Shown: positions 11,673 to 23,378 of the stretch, in pieces
Numbering within the stretch: position 1 is the stretch's first letter
Layout: every line of letters begins with the position of its first letter
NCBI GenBank assembly: GCA_900088475.1
Contig: FLMG01000818.1
Span: forward strand, 1-42,366
Direction of reading: 5' to 3'
Source: Hyphochytrium catenoides
Lineage: Eukaryota; Protista; Hyphochytriomycota
Length of the DNA: 42,366 nucleotides
Made by a program: the position numbers and the translations under genes
Notes under the pieces: generated by a model
Seen by the model: only the letters and a program-made list of their open reading frames with translations
Databases searched by the model: none
Told to the model about the DNA's origin: nothing

Positions 11673-12621
11673 ATAGGAGGAGGAGAAAGTATGGAAAGCA
11701 GAACACTATTATGTAAGCTTTAAAAGTGCACTAATGAGAAGTCCCAGTTACATCTCAAAATGCCTTGGAGGTGATGGAGTTCTCGCGCTATCTCCTGCTT
11801 CATCATCACCTTCTTCCTTTGCAGCTCTGCAGTCCTGTTCGCAATGTCAAAGAAAAGATTGAGAATAGTCAGCAGTCATCAGGCATCCCACCAGGGAAGC
11901 AGTAGTAGCGAGGACTTGATAGGACAAAAGAGGAAGGAATAGGCGAGAAGAGAAAGGAGATAGAGAGCGCCTTTGGTTCTATGGAGAGATGGGAAAGAAG
12001 ACGGCTGCATTACTGAGATCATAGTACCAAGAGCGTCCGCTACGTCTACTCACTTTCAAGATCTTCTCTCTAGAGAAGTGGTGCAGCTGATGGCTTCCCT
12101 CTGTGTCGCTCCTCTTACTCTTCTCCCTGCTCTGCCTCTCTCCTCTCGCCAGTTGTTCCCGCTTCTTCTTCGTGTTCCTCCGCCTTCTCCCACTCTCTCT
12201 CCCTCTTCTCACTTGCTTTCTCCAACATCTCCTCCCCTCTGTCTTTGTCTCTCCTGCTTTTCTTCTTCCTTTTACCACTGTTCCTCCCTTTGCCTCTGCT
12301 CTACTTCTCTAGCCTCTTCCTCTCTTCAAAACGAAGGAGGAGCCGTCGCCCTTCGTTCAATGCTCGCGCTTCCTTGGACGTCGCAGATCCAAAGCACCCG
12401 CAGCTCCCACGGAGAGAAGGTGCGTTGTCCGCCGTACTGAAGGCGCTGTCATAGTGTGCTATATGTTTAACAGTACTCGGTGGTTGTGCGCCTGAACGAC
12501 ACTGACGTGTGCCGCCTGTTGAAGTACAAGTTGAAGCGTAAAACAGTACTGTCGCGGACCATTCTCCTTCCTCTATATTCTTATGTAGGCTTCTCTCTCT
12601 CTCTTTTTCTCTTTCTCTCTT

Positions 12622-12656
<35 letters not shown>

Positions 12657-13281
12657 ATCTCTATCTCTCTCTCTCTTTTTCTCTATCTCTCTCTTTCTCT
12701 CTCTCTCTTTGTCTGTGCGTGCCTCTCTCTATCCCTGACCCTTGGGTCCTATCTTCTTTTCCCATCTCCTCCCTGTTCGCTCATCGCTCTCTTCTCTTTC
12801 GCTCACTCATTTTGTTCCTGCGCCCTCCACCCTCTTTCTGGTTAGGAGACACTGAAGGAGACTCTTGATGGCCCAGCTGAAACATCAGCCGGCAGCCATT
12901 CAGTTCTATGCTCGGCCACGGCGAGCACACGGACATACAGAGAGAGAAGGGAGAGCGACAGTGAGATGTTCTCGGGTTTAGAGATGAGCAAGGCAGAAAG
13001 TAAACAATGAGCTGGCTTGTGTTGGTACTACTGAGAGTGTGGAACAGACTAGCAAAATGGAGGGAGGAGATGAGAGTGTGTGTGTCGAAGAGATAGATAG
13101 TCAGGAAAGGATAGCTAGCTAACTGAATAATGGAGAAAGAGGTACAGATAGCTAGTAGAGAGAAGAGGGAGAGAGACAGAACGGGTAAAAGAGAGATGGG
13201 GTGAGAGATCAGGAAAAAATCAAGAGAGAGGGAGAAAGACTGTGCGAGAGAGAGGGAAAAGAAGAGAAGAGACCCGAGAGT

Positions 13282-13330
<49 letters not shown>

Positions 13331-14491
13331 TGATATGGGAGCCGGAAGAAGATGAATCTCGTAGCAGCGGTTTGTGGTTGTATCTACTGAGGAGGAGTCA
13401 CCACCAGGACGATCGGTTTCATCATCGGAGGGCATCCACTTCTTCTTCAACCTGATCTCCTCCTACTCCTCCTCTCCTGGATCTTTTGACGGGATGATGT
13501 CCCGCTTGAAGTTCACTTGACGTAAGAAGAAAACGTGAAGAAGGAAAAGAAGATGGAGATCTGAGAGCCTCAGGAAGAGGAGGAGAGACAAGCAGTCGTT
13601 AGAGAAGGGCCCGTGGTGTGGCAGAAGAAGTGAGGGGAGAGACAAGGAAAGAGGAAGAAGAGATGAAAAAGGTGGACGAGGAGGTACGAGGGAGAGACGG
13701 AAATGATAGGATGAGGGTGAGAGGAAGAGAAAGGGAACGAAGAAGAGATAGAGTGAGAGGGAATGGGCAGCACAAGGGAGGGAGAAAGAGAGAAGCCGAA
13801 GAGGGAAAGGTCATGACGAAGGAGGAGAGAGAAAAGAGAGAAGAAGAGAAGGAGGAGGACCACCAAAAGAGCAAAGAAGAGAAAGGCTATCAGCAAGAAT
13901 CTCCTCCTTGTCGCTCAATAGTGGAAACCTATTATGACATCATCCTATAAAATAGAAGAGTATCGGCTCTTCTCCTGCCCATCAACTGTTCATCTGCTGC
14001 ATCTCCTTTCCTTGTTCTTCCCTTTTCTTTTTCTCTCTCTCCTTCCTCCTGAAGCAAGCTTAACCGACAAGCTTGCGATGCGACGCGACTTCGGGAAGAA
14101 ACGTACAAGGAACTCTTTCCTCAAAGAGACACTTATTGAGCGTCTTTTCTCCTGCCTATTCCTTCATCCCTTCTTCCGTCTTCTCATCGGTCTTCTCTCT
14201 TTCCCTTGGTGGCATGCTCCTGCTGGAAGTGCGTCTTCTTATCGCCTTTGTCTGATGGGTCGTGGTGTTTTCAACAACGGGAGCCCTCGCCATCGCTTTC
14301 TGATATCGGGCCCTCTTAATCCCTCATTGTTTAGGGCTAGAAACCTATGGCAGCTTCGTTCTTCGTTCTCTCTCCTTCTTCTCTCTCTCTCTCTTCTCTT
14401 CTTCTCTCTCCTTCCTAGCTAGGATCGACCTCTAATAGGACGGCCTTTCCTCCTCTCGCTTCGTTGTCCTGTTGATCATTATCGAAGACCT

Positions 14492-14507
14492 CCATTCCCA
14501 AAATTCC
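14492..14507 (+). promoter_or_regulatory. INR+FPR-like core promoter of GH5 gene 2
   Basis: CCATTCCCAAAATTCC lies 126 nt upstream of the ATG. Confidence 0.55.
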
Positions 14508-14617
14508 TGGCAAAGCAAAGAATCTCTTGTCGTTCTGTTGCTTTTGCCATCTCTCTTGGCTCCATCATCCTACTAGCTCCGCAGCAGCAGGTATTAGAAG
14601 ACAAAGACAGCAGCAGG

Positions 14618-15919
14618 ATGAAGCTTCATTTGTGTCTCTCCCTCCTCCTCCCTCTCTCTTCTCTTTTGGTGCAGCCCTCACTCTCTTCTTCCGAAAGCAG
14701 CTTCGTGACTGTCTCTGGTCAAAAGTTCCTCGTCGATGGCAAGCCTTTCCTCTTCGCAGGCACCAACAACTACTATATAACGAACAGGAACAAGAGAATG
14801 ACTGATGATCTGATGAGCAAGGCAAAATCTATGGGCATCACTGTCATCAGAAGCTGGGCATTCAACGCTGTCGGACACCCTACCAAGGACTCTCCTCCAT
14901 CCGTGAACCCTGAAGCGTGGCGTGACTATACGTACTATCAATACTGGGACGCGGAGAAGGGAGAGAGTGTGGTCAATGAAGGAGAGAACGGCCTTCAAAG
15001 GCTGGACTATGCAGTGAAAGCTGCAAAGGATAGAGGCATCAGGCTCATTCTTGCTTTGACCAACAACTGGCAGGCTTATGGAGGTCTGGACCAGTACGTT
15101 CTATGGCTTGGACTGCCAAACAGAGATGCTTTCTACACCGACCGCCGCGCCATCGCAGAGTTCAAAAAGTGGATGAACTACCTGGCAAACAGAGTTAACA
15201 CTTTCACGGGAGTGGCTTACAAGGATGAGCCTGCTATTATGGCCTGGGAGCTTATGAATGAGCCGCGCTGCAAGGGCTGCGCGGACTATGGCAGCTGCGG
15301 GAACTGCCCCAAGTGCCGCACCTCCAGCTCGAGCTGCACGATAGATACGATGACCAAATGGGTGGATGAAGTCTCTCTATACGCACAGCAGGTGTTCCCT
15401 AAGCAGCTCATCGCTGTGGGGAATGAAGGATTCCTGAAGACAGATAAGCAGGAATACGCCTATGACGGCTCAGAGGGCGACAATGAGGCGCTGATCAAGC
15501 TTCCGGGGATAGATTTCTCCACTGTCCACTGCTATATTGAGCAGTGGGGCAAGCAGCCCAGCTGGGCCGCTGGCTGGATCAGAGATCATCTGAAGCTCTC
15601 AGCGAAGTATGCGAAGCCCACACTGTTTGAGGAGTTCGGGCTGACGGAGTACGGGGATGTTATGGCGCAGGAAGAGAAGAGGAACGCCTTCCTTGATGAG
15701 TTTATTGGAGAGGTGAACAAGGGCAAAGGTTATTGGGCCTTCTGGATGCTCTCGGCAGGAGAGACCTACGCCGATCAGGGCCCTATCACCTCTCTCTATC
15801 CAAATTATGACGGCTACACTGTCTACTATCAAGATGCCAACGGGCGAGTGACGCCTTCGGGGCTGCAAATGGCAAGAAGAGTGAACCAGACAGTGCAGGC
15901 GCAGATGACATCTTGGTAG
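14618..15919 (+). CDS. Secreted GH5 endo-1,4-beta-mannanase-like enzyme (GH5_7-like), copy 2, 433 aa, intronless
   Basis: Signal peptide MKLHLCLSLLLPLSSLLVQPSLS; motifs FLFAGTNNYY, LTNNWQAYGG, AWELMNEPRC, LFEEFG and YPNYDGYTVY. Colinear paralog of 9675-11468. Confidence 0.94.
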   Translation: MKLHLCLSLLLPLSSLLVQPSLSSSESSFVTVSGQKFLVDGKPFLFAGTNNYYITNRNKRMTDDLMSKAKSMGITVIRSWAFNAVGHPTKDSPPSVNPEAWRDYTYYQYWDAEKGESVVNEGENGLQRLDYAVKAAKDRGIRLILALTNNWQAYGGLDQYVLWLGLPNRDAFYTDRRAIAEFKKWMNYLANRVNTFTGVAYKDEPAIMAWELMNEPRCKGCADYGSCGNCPKCRTSSSSCTIDTMTKWVDEVSLYAQQVFPKQLIAVGNEGFLKTDKQEYAYDGSEGDNEALIKLPGIDFSTVHCYIEQWGKQPSWAAGWIRDHLKLSAKYAKPTLFEEFGLTEYGDVMAQEEKRNAFLDEFIGEVNKGKGYWAFWMLSAGETYADQGPITSLYPNYDGYTVYYQDANGRVTPSGLQMARRVNQTVQAQMTSW

Positions 15920-17413
15920 AAATATAGTATAGAAGAGGCTTTTAACGAGAACCTTGTAGCATATAACAGATAAGGAAGAGAGAGAGAGAGAGAGAGCTGG
16001 GTGGATACGTGAAGGATTCTTGGAGGAGAGAGCGACCGAGCAAAGATTGGCGGCCTTTAGGATGCCGCATTCGTTGAGCGGCATCGCCCTTGTTTGTTGG
16101 AGGCCTCTACGTTTCGTCACCAATGTTCTCATATTAACAGGTCACTTTGGATCATTCTTCTCTTTGTCAGTGATCTCTAATAAATAGCGAGACTTGTCAC
16201 GTGACTGACTCAGCAAACAAAGGTGCGACAACGCAATAGGAGAAGGAGTTCGCCCGTGCGCGCAAAGAAGAAACTACAACGTGCAGGTAGATGGAGCGCT
16301 AGGTTCTGTCTCCTTCCAGGCTTCTTGGCGTTAGGAGCTCAAGACGAAACCTGTCAACAGGATGGTCGAGCAACCAAAAGGCCAGTTTCGCACCTGCTGC
16401 ATGTGCTGCTGGCTTCTTGTTTATAGCCGCCTCTTATGGAAGGAGCTGGGATTCTGCGACTGAGGAGCCCGATGATGACACACAGCACGCTGGAAGAAGA
16501 TGACTGTCAAGGTTCAAAGGTAGAAGAGACACATCCTAAGGAGAGTCAGGACTGACAAGGGCGACGCATCATGTTCAAAGGAGAAAGAGGAGCTGGTCGG
16601 TGCTTTCGTTGAGTTGGTCACAAGCTATCTTCTTCCCCGTTTTTGGTAGTTGAAGGCCTGGTCTTTCCGTATATCCTTCTACTACTTCGTCCTCTCTCTC
16701 GCGAGCTCTCTATCCCGTCTATCACCACTCCTATTGCCGACAAAAGGCTTAGAAGAGGATAAGATTAGATGTTTGAACACAGTGCTGAACGCTGTCTCAA
16801 GTCTGAAGGTGGTCAAGAGGTTGCAATGTTGCATGGACTGCGTCAGAAGGTTTTATGGCACGACGCGGATGCTTTATCTTGACTCGATGGCCTGATGGCC
16901 TGCCGTCGCGGCTGTCTCCTCTCTCTCGTGCTTGGCTGCCTGCACTGTGCCTCCTCCTGTCCTGGTTTCTCCGAACTTCAATGGCCAAACCTGCCATCGC
17001 CAAACTCCTTTTTGCTTCTGTTTATTAGGTTTGTCACTCCTCTCTCTTTTAGCCTTGCTTCTCGACATTCTTCAGTCTTGCTTGCTTCCTGTGCCTCGCT
17101 CTATCTCTCTTCAGACTACCTCTACTAGGCTCCTTCTTGCTGCGGTTTTATTCGAATAAAACATCATCGTCCTCTGTCTAGATCGGAGGAGTAGGAAGGA
17201 AGGAAAGTTGACCACCATCTCTCTAGTGGGAGAACAGAAGAGTCAGGAGAGGAAGGGGAAGAAGGGGAAGAAGGGGAAGAAGGAGAACGGGAAAGTGTAG
17301 ATCCATGTCCAAGATCGGTCCACCAGAAAGGTGAGAGAGAAAGAGAGAGAGAGAGAGAAAAAAACGAGAGAGAGAGATAACTAGAGAGAAGAAGAAGACA
17401 GGAGAGAGAGAGG

Positions 17414-17444
<31 letters not shown>

Positions 17445-19197
17445 GATTTGCTTCTCTGTAAGGTGGAATAAACAGCATCGATAACAGACAGGCCTCCTTG
17501 CACGTGGTGTCCAGGCCCTCGGCCGCTGGTTATGATGATGATCTGACGAGGCGATAGACCTTCTGTCAAAACCAAAGGATTTTCTTAGGTCAGAAGAGCG
17601 ACTTTGCATGGAATAGATTATTTATAAAACAGTTTCCCACGATAGCGCTGCTAACGGCTAACCCCTCCGTAATATAGCGGCTAACCGCCATATTTAGCTC
17701 GTCATCGCCCTCTCTCTTCTATGGAGTAAACAGTAGACGCAGACGTAGTTCACGTACAGCTCCCGGATCAGGGACGACAGACCCTGTCGTTAGCGGTCCC
17801 TAAGCTGGGTCCCATTAAGTTGGCCGTGTCTTATTCAAGTCCGGCTGTACCGCCCCGTCTTATTCCTTAGGATTTGGACGTGGTTCTTCTTTCGAACTAC
17901 CGCGCTCTGGACTAAGAAAACAGTCGTGCCGCCCGCCAGGTGACTTAGTTCCTTAGTCAGAGCGCTTCCACATCCACTGGGGCTGTCTCTCTCATTATCT
18001 TCTCTTCTGTCATCGCTGCTGCTGGGAGGGGTTCTTGAGGCGAAGAGGTGATAGTAGATGGACCAGAGAAGTGGAAGCGAGGCTTTCTAGTCAAAGCTTG
18101 TGATTGAGAGACTGTGAACGACTGTCCTATGCTTCTTGTCTGAGGTTTATCCATAGTTGGACTGAAGACCGAGACCGAGAGGGCACTGCACCGCAAAAAG
18201 ATGATGAGACGTTGTCTCGCTCCTTATAGAGGCTAGATCTTTATTATGTCCAGCCTTTTCTTCTGAGAATAGAACTACCTTCTTTTTTCTCGGTCTCTTT
18301 GGCCTCCCTTCGACCTTAGTTTGCCCTTGCCTTTTTCTCATTCTTATTCCCTCTCTGTCTCTTGAGGCGATTGTGGGTGATCGCATGATTGACCGTGATG
18401 TCACACTATAGACTGAAAGGAGCAGAGAGCTGAGCAGAAGAAGTGAAGATCAGATTAGAAAGAAGCCTCCGGTGTAAGAAAAGGAAACGTAGACAAGCTT
18501 CCTTAAAGTTCTTCGTGCTTGTCTGGATGCCCTCATGGCCCTGCTTTATTGAGTTATTCTTTCTCCTTCCATCGCAGCGTTCATGATGTGGGAAAGAAGA
18601 TATGCAACTCTTCCTCCAGAAGAGATGTAAAGCATAGAAATGAGACGAGAGAGAGACAGACGGACACATCCATGTACTGAAAGAGAGAAAGAGGAGATTA
18701 GCTGATCAGGCATCACGCGCTGAGTGGCTGACAGCTGAAAAGAACGAGCGGTCCAAAGTCCTCCAGTTGGAGGCCGTCGCAATGCTCTGCCTTCAAGTCT
18801 TCGCCGACCTTCGCCTTGGACACATATTTTGGGGTTAAAGATATGGAAAGAAGCGATCTGGAACCCTAAAGATCCGTCCAAATGAAATGAGTGCATTGCA
18901 GATCAACGAAAGAGAGAGAGAGACAGAGAGAGACGGGGAGAGAGGAGAAAAGGAGAACAAAGTGAGAGACAGCAAAGCACACAGATGCGAAAAGAAAGAG
19001 ATGGTGGAAAGGGGAGCTGATTGTGAGACCAGAGGAAGTGGAAGACGGCACATGCAAGACCTCTGCTCACCTTCCCCATCTGCAACACTCGTTCGTTGTT
19101 ATGAGGGGAAGAAGGGAAGGGAAAACTGCCTGTCCCCTGAATAGGTCTCCTCTCTCGCTTTGCGATTGTTTCTCTATTTCTCTCACTCTCTCTTTGA

Positions 19198-19213
19198 TCA
19201 TTCTTCAAATTTC
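19198..19213 (+). promoter_or_regulatory. INR+FPR-like core promoter of the M36 gene
   Basis: TCATTCTTCAAATTTC lies 121 nt upstream of the ATG. Confidence 0.6.
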
Positions 19214-19318
19214 CAGACGTCAACAAGGACTCCTCCTTCCCAAAACCAACGCACATTCATTTTCTAAAGGGAACTACCTTCCCAGATTTCAAAGGCTTTT
19301 ATAAACGAAGAAGGAACT

Positions 19319-21540
19319 ATGGTTCGCCGCACTGGCCTCGCCCTCACCAGCATTGTCGCTGCTGCTCTTCTTCTCGGCGCTTCTGCCTTCGACGATGAAG
19401 TTGCCACGACGGTCTTATCGGCACCTTCCTACTGGCAACCGTCCTCAGAGTTCGTGACCGGCATCTCGCTCGATGTCGCAGGGACCAGCCAGTCTGACTG
19501 TGCGTCCAAGTTTGCGAAGGAGAAAGTTCAAGCTATTGCCACTGCCGCCGGCGTACCTGCATCTGATGTGCAGAAGACCTCCGAGTACCGCGATCAGCAC
19601 AATGGACTGCTGCACGCCACGTTTAGGCAAGTAGTCAACGGCGTCCCAGTGGAAAATGGTCACATCAAGGTCGCTGTAGATAAGGATAACCGGGTTGTGG
19701 CTTGGTCCAGCACCATGAAGGACACCGCAAGAGCTACCACAGCTGGAGACAGCCTTACTGACACTCAGCTCACCGCTGTTGAGGCCCTTCAGTCCTTCGC
19801 TAGGGCTGCCAACCTTCCCTTCAACGCTGAAGCTGTGCAGGCCACCCCTGGAGACAACGTTGTAGATGATGTTCCTCTTGACTGGAAGATCTCTGGCGTT
19901 GAGTTTGCTCTTGGTGATGTGCCAGTGAACATGAAGTACTATGTGACCGCCCAGGGCGTGCCCAAGCTGTCCTGGAGCATGGAAGTAGAGATGCTGAACA
20001 GCTGGTAAGGGAAAAACCGCATCCTCTTTCTGTCTGTTATGCCCCAGATACTCCTTCTTTAGTCTTTCCCCACAGTTTGCTCCCTTCTCTTTCCCCAGTG
20101 TGTTCCTTCCCTCTGCCCTTGCCAGCCGCAGTGTGGTGAGATAATTCAGCCCACTAACTGTGTCTTTTCTTCAGGCTTAATGTCTTTGTAGATGCAGAGT
20201 CTGGAGAGATCCTTGGTTTCTCTGACTGGTCATCCAACACTGAGGCCCCTCGCTTCACTGAAGAGGGCACCACAAGCGGCAGCATGATCCTTGAATACCC
20301 TGCCAAGAAGGATTCTCGCCGCCACCTCTCCACGCAGCAGATTCTCGAGGCGTCTCTGGGAGAGCAAGTCCCAGCAAGAACTCTCCGCCGAGCCCAGGCT
20401 GGTGTCAAGAACGTGAACTACCGGGTGCTTCCTGTGGGCATCAACGACCCTGAAGATGGACCATTCTCTCTTCTTACAGACCCACAGGACCCCAAGTTCT
20501 CTCCTCTGGGCTGGCATGATGCTGGCCGGGGCCCTAGCCCCAGCACTAAGGGAAACAACGTTGTGGCTACAGCTAACAACTATGCCCCAGTGGCAGACAA
20601 CTATAACTTTGACTATGTCTTTGATGCTACTAAGGAGCCTACCACGTACCGCAACCTGTCCGTGACCAACATGTTCTACATGTCCAACATGATTCACGAC
20701 ATCTACTACGCCTACGGGTTTACGCCCGCAGCTGGCAACTTCCAGACCACGAACGCTGGCGAGGGTGGTGCAGGAAACGATGCTGTGGTGGCAAACTGCC
20801 AGGACAGAAGCGGAACGAACAACGCTAACTTCGCTACTCCTCCTGATGGCCGTGCTCCGACCATGAGAATGTACCTGTGGGACAGGACACAGCCAGGCCG
20901 CGATGGGGCTCTAGAGAACGACATTGTCATCCACGAGTATACTCACGGGCTTTCCAACCGTCTCACAGGCGGGCCTTCTAACTCCAACTGCCTCTCAGGC
21001 CAGCAACCCGGCGGTATGGGTGAGGGCTGGTCTGATTTCTATGGCAACTCCTTCAGAATCAAGCCTACTGACAGCAGAGAAACGGACTTTGCCCTGGGTG
21101 TCTACGTGTTGAAGAACAAGGCAGGAATCAGAAAGTTCCCGTACTCCACCAACATGCAGACCAACCCTCTCACCTTCTCTCGGCTGGCCACCAACGACTA
21201 CCGCCCAGTCCACTCTGCTGGCACTGTCTGGAACACCATTCTGAACGAGGTATACTGGAACTTGGTGGATGAGCTTGGCTTCACCGCAGACATCAAGAAC
21301 GATGCCCAGAGTGGCAAGGGCAACACTCTCATGATGCAGCTGGTTATGGATGGAATGAAGCTTCAGCCGTGCAATCCTACCTTCATCAACGCCAGAGACG
21401 CCATTATCCAGGCGGAGAAGGTGCTTACCGGCGGAAAGTATGCTTGCCTGCTTTGGAAGGGCTTTGCCAAGCGTGGGCTGGGAGTTTCGGCCACCTCTAG
21501 CTTCAAGGATGGCTTCGATGTCCCTGCAGACTGCCAGTAA
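19319..21540 (+). CDS. Secreted M36 metalloprotease (fungalysin) preproenzyme, 683 aa; exons 19319-20004 and 20175-21540
   Basis: Signal peptide; FTP-like propeptide (HATFRQVVNGVPVENG); intron TG|GTAAGG ... CTAAC (20154) ... TTCAG|G restores W-LNVFVDAESGEIL. The catalytic domain has GFTPAAGNFQ, NNANFATPPDG, HEYTHGLSNRLTGG (HExxH), GGMGEGWSD and QPCNPTFINARDAI. Confidence 0.95.
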
Positions 21541-22637
21541 AGTGCAGGAGTGAAAGATGACCATCTCTTCTCGTTTCATTTTCAAAAAGACATTCTCGTT
21601 GTTGTTCTGGTCGTGGTGCGGCGGTAGCTTTCTTCCTACCTTCACTTCTCTCAAACGCCCCGCATTTTTGTCTGTTATCAAGGAAATGCAGTTAATATAA
21701 TAAACGCACTTGATAAGATTTACTGCGCCATGCTTCGGCCAAATGGTTGCTCTGTTTGTGCTTGAGAAGAAGTTCTTCTCTTTCCTCGTCGTCAACTTGC
21801 CACTCGGCAGATCCTTCTTACTGTCAAGGTCGGCAACAATGAGGCGTAGATCTTCGCAAGTGAAGAAGAAATGTCATAGCCGCGCTCACCGTTCTCAAGA
21901 AAGTAAGTCTGCTTAAGCGTTACATCCTGACTTCGAAGAGTCCTAAAGATGAGGAGATACCATCATCATCATTGGGCCACTACTACCAAGAAAGAGTTAA
22001 CGAGCAGCTTCGTGCTCCTAGCCGGACCGAGAGAGGAGAGAGAAAAGAACCCTTTGCTGTCCTCATGTGGGGAAGAGAAAGACACAGGCCAAGGGGTTGT
22101 GATGTTTGCCACCAAAGAGAATGTCTTTTCTCTCTTTATTTTTACTGCTGGGTGTAGGAAGTGGCACCATACAGCACCTTTTCATTTGAATTTCACGGAA
22201 GAAGAGGCAGAGCGGCAAGAGAAATGAAGACCTCACTATCCGCTCTAAGAACTATCTCGTGCCCGTTCCTCTTGCCAGCTCCTCATGATGATGAGATTGA
22301 TTATAGATCGCCTCGCTCTACCTTCTTCTTGTCCCTTGATCTCATTACCGACGTGTGGGTTTTTGTCATTCCCTACTGGCGCCTAAATTGCTGTGCACCC
22401 CTTACTCCTCGTTACAAACCTCATGTGAAGGCGAATAATGTCTGACAGACCTGCCAACACTAGTACTCTTAGTACGATCGTTGCTGCATCCACAGGGCCA
22501 TTTCTTCTTCCTCCTGCTTAGGCATTTCTTTGTGGGCTTGAAGGACCAACAACTCAAGACTCCCGCCAACAACAGCTGCCTCCCTTCAGTATAGACTACT
22601 GATTGACTCAAAGCACGCCGCCGTGAAAGCTAAAGCG

Positions 22638-23378
22638 TTAGAATGCAGCTCGTAAAAGAGCCACAGCACAGAGAAGAGTCATAGATAAAGTAATAATGAA
22701 TGTGCTGCTTGTAAGCTCTGCGCGGCCAAGACCCATCGCCGATGACTTGTCACAGGCGAGGTTGCTCTGCAACATGGCCACGTACTTGACTGCGTTCTTA
22801 TAATCTTGTTGATCACCAGGAAGGCAGTGCGCTTGACACTTAGGCAACAGCTCCAATGCCTGCTTCATCACCGGCTTTACCTGCGCAGAGCCAGCGCAGA
22901 GGCATTGGGCAAACTCAGGAAAAACTTGCTTCACTTGCGACGCGAAGAATTCTGATCCTATAATGAACTCCATGAACTCCGGCTGATGGAACTCAGGAGG
23001 AAGAAGTGCCTGCCCATCTGAGCTTTTCAGAGACATACAGATTGGAGCCGCAGCCATGCTCTCCTTCGCCTTCGTTATATTCCACCCCTGGCTAAAGAGA
23101 CATAAGGCACACAAGGCAGAGTCATCGTCCAAGACAGAACCCTGCACTCTCTCGGGCGAGGAGGAGGGAGAAGCGGCCTGTGTGTAGATGTCCGCCACCC
23201 ACGAGAGAGCCACGTCGCTGCTGCTATTGTCGCGGTTGAGAGAAGAGGGACCAGCAGAAGGAGGAAGCGCAGCTCCTCCTTTCTCAGCGCTGCTCGCAAA
23301 AGTTGCCGCCAGTAATAAGAAGGCCGCCCATACTAGCAAGAAGTAGGGCAGAAAACTCAGCCGAACTTCCTTCTTCAT
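22638..23378 (-). CDS. Uncharacterised 8-Cys protein with signal peptide and GPI-anchor-like tail, paralog A (246 aa from ATG 23378)
   Basis: Non-repetitive ORF with an N-terminal hydrophobic stretch, Ser-rich linker, Cys domain, small-residue site SSA and a hydrophobic C-terminus. It aligns with 25680-26423. A probable 5'-UTR intron spans 23505-23416. Confidence 0.85.
   Translation of the reverse strand: MKKEVRLSFLPYFLLVWAAFLLLAATFASSAEKGGAALPPSAGPSSLNRDNSSSDVALSWVADIYTQAASPSSSPERVQGSVLDDDSALCALCLFSQGWNITKAKESMAAAPICMSLKSSDGQALLPPEFHQPEFMEFIIGSEFFASQVKQVFPEFAQCLCAGSAQVKPVMKQALELLPKCQAHCLPGDQQDYKNAVKYVAMLQSNLACDKSSAMGLGRAELTSSTFIITLSMTLLCAVALLRAAF

Noticed and set aside
19319-21540. Two separate genes (229 aa and 418 aa)
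   Set aside because: A canonical intron at 20005-20174 with a branch point joins them in frame into one fungalysin.
20995-21795. 266-aa minus-strand ORF (and similar ORFs opposite the GH5 genes)
   Set aside because: Antisense shadows of genuine coding sequence with no recognisable motifs.
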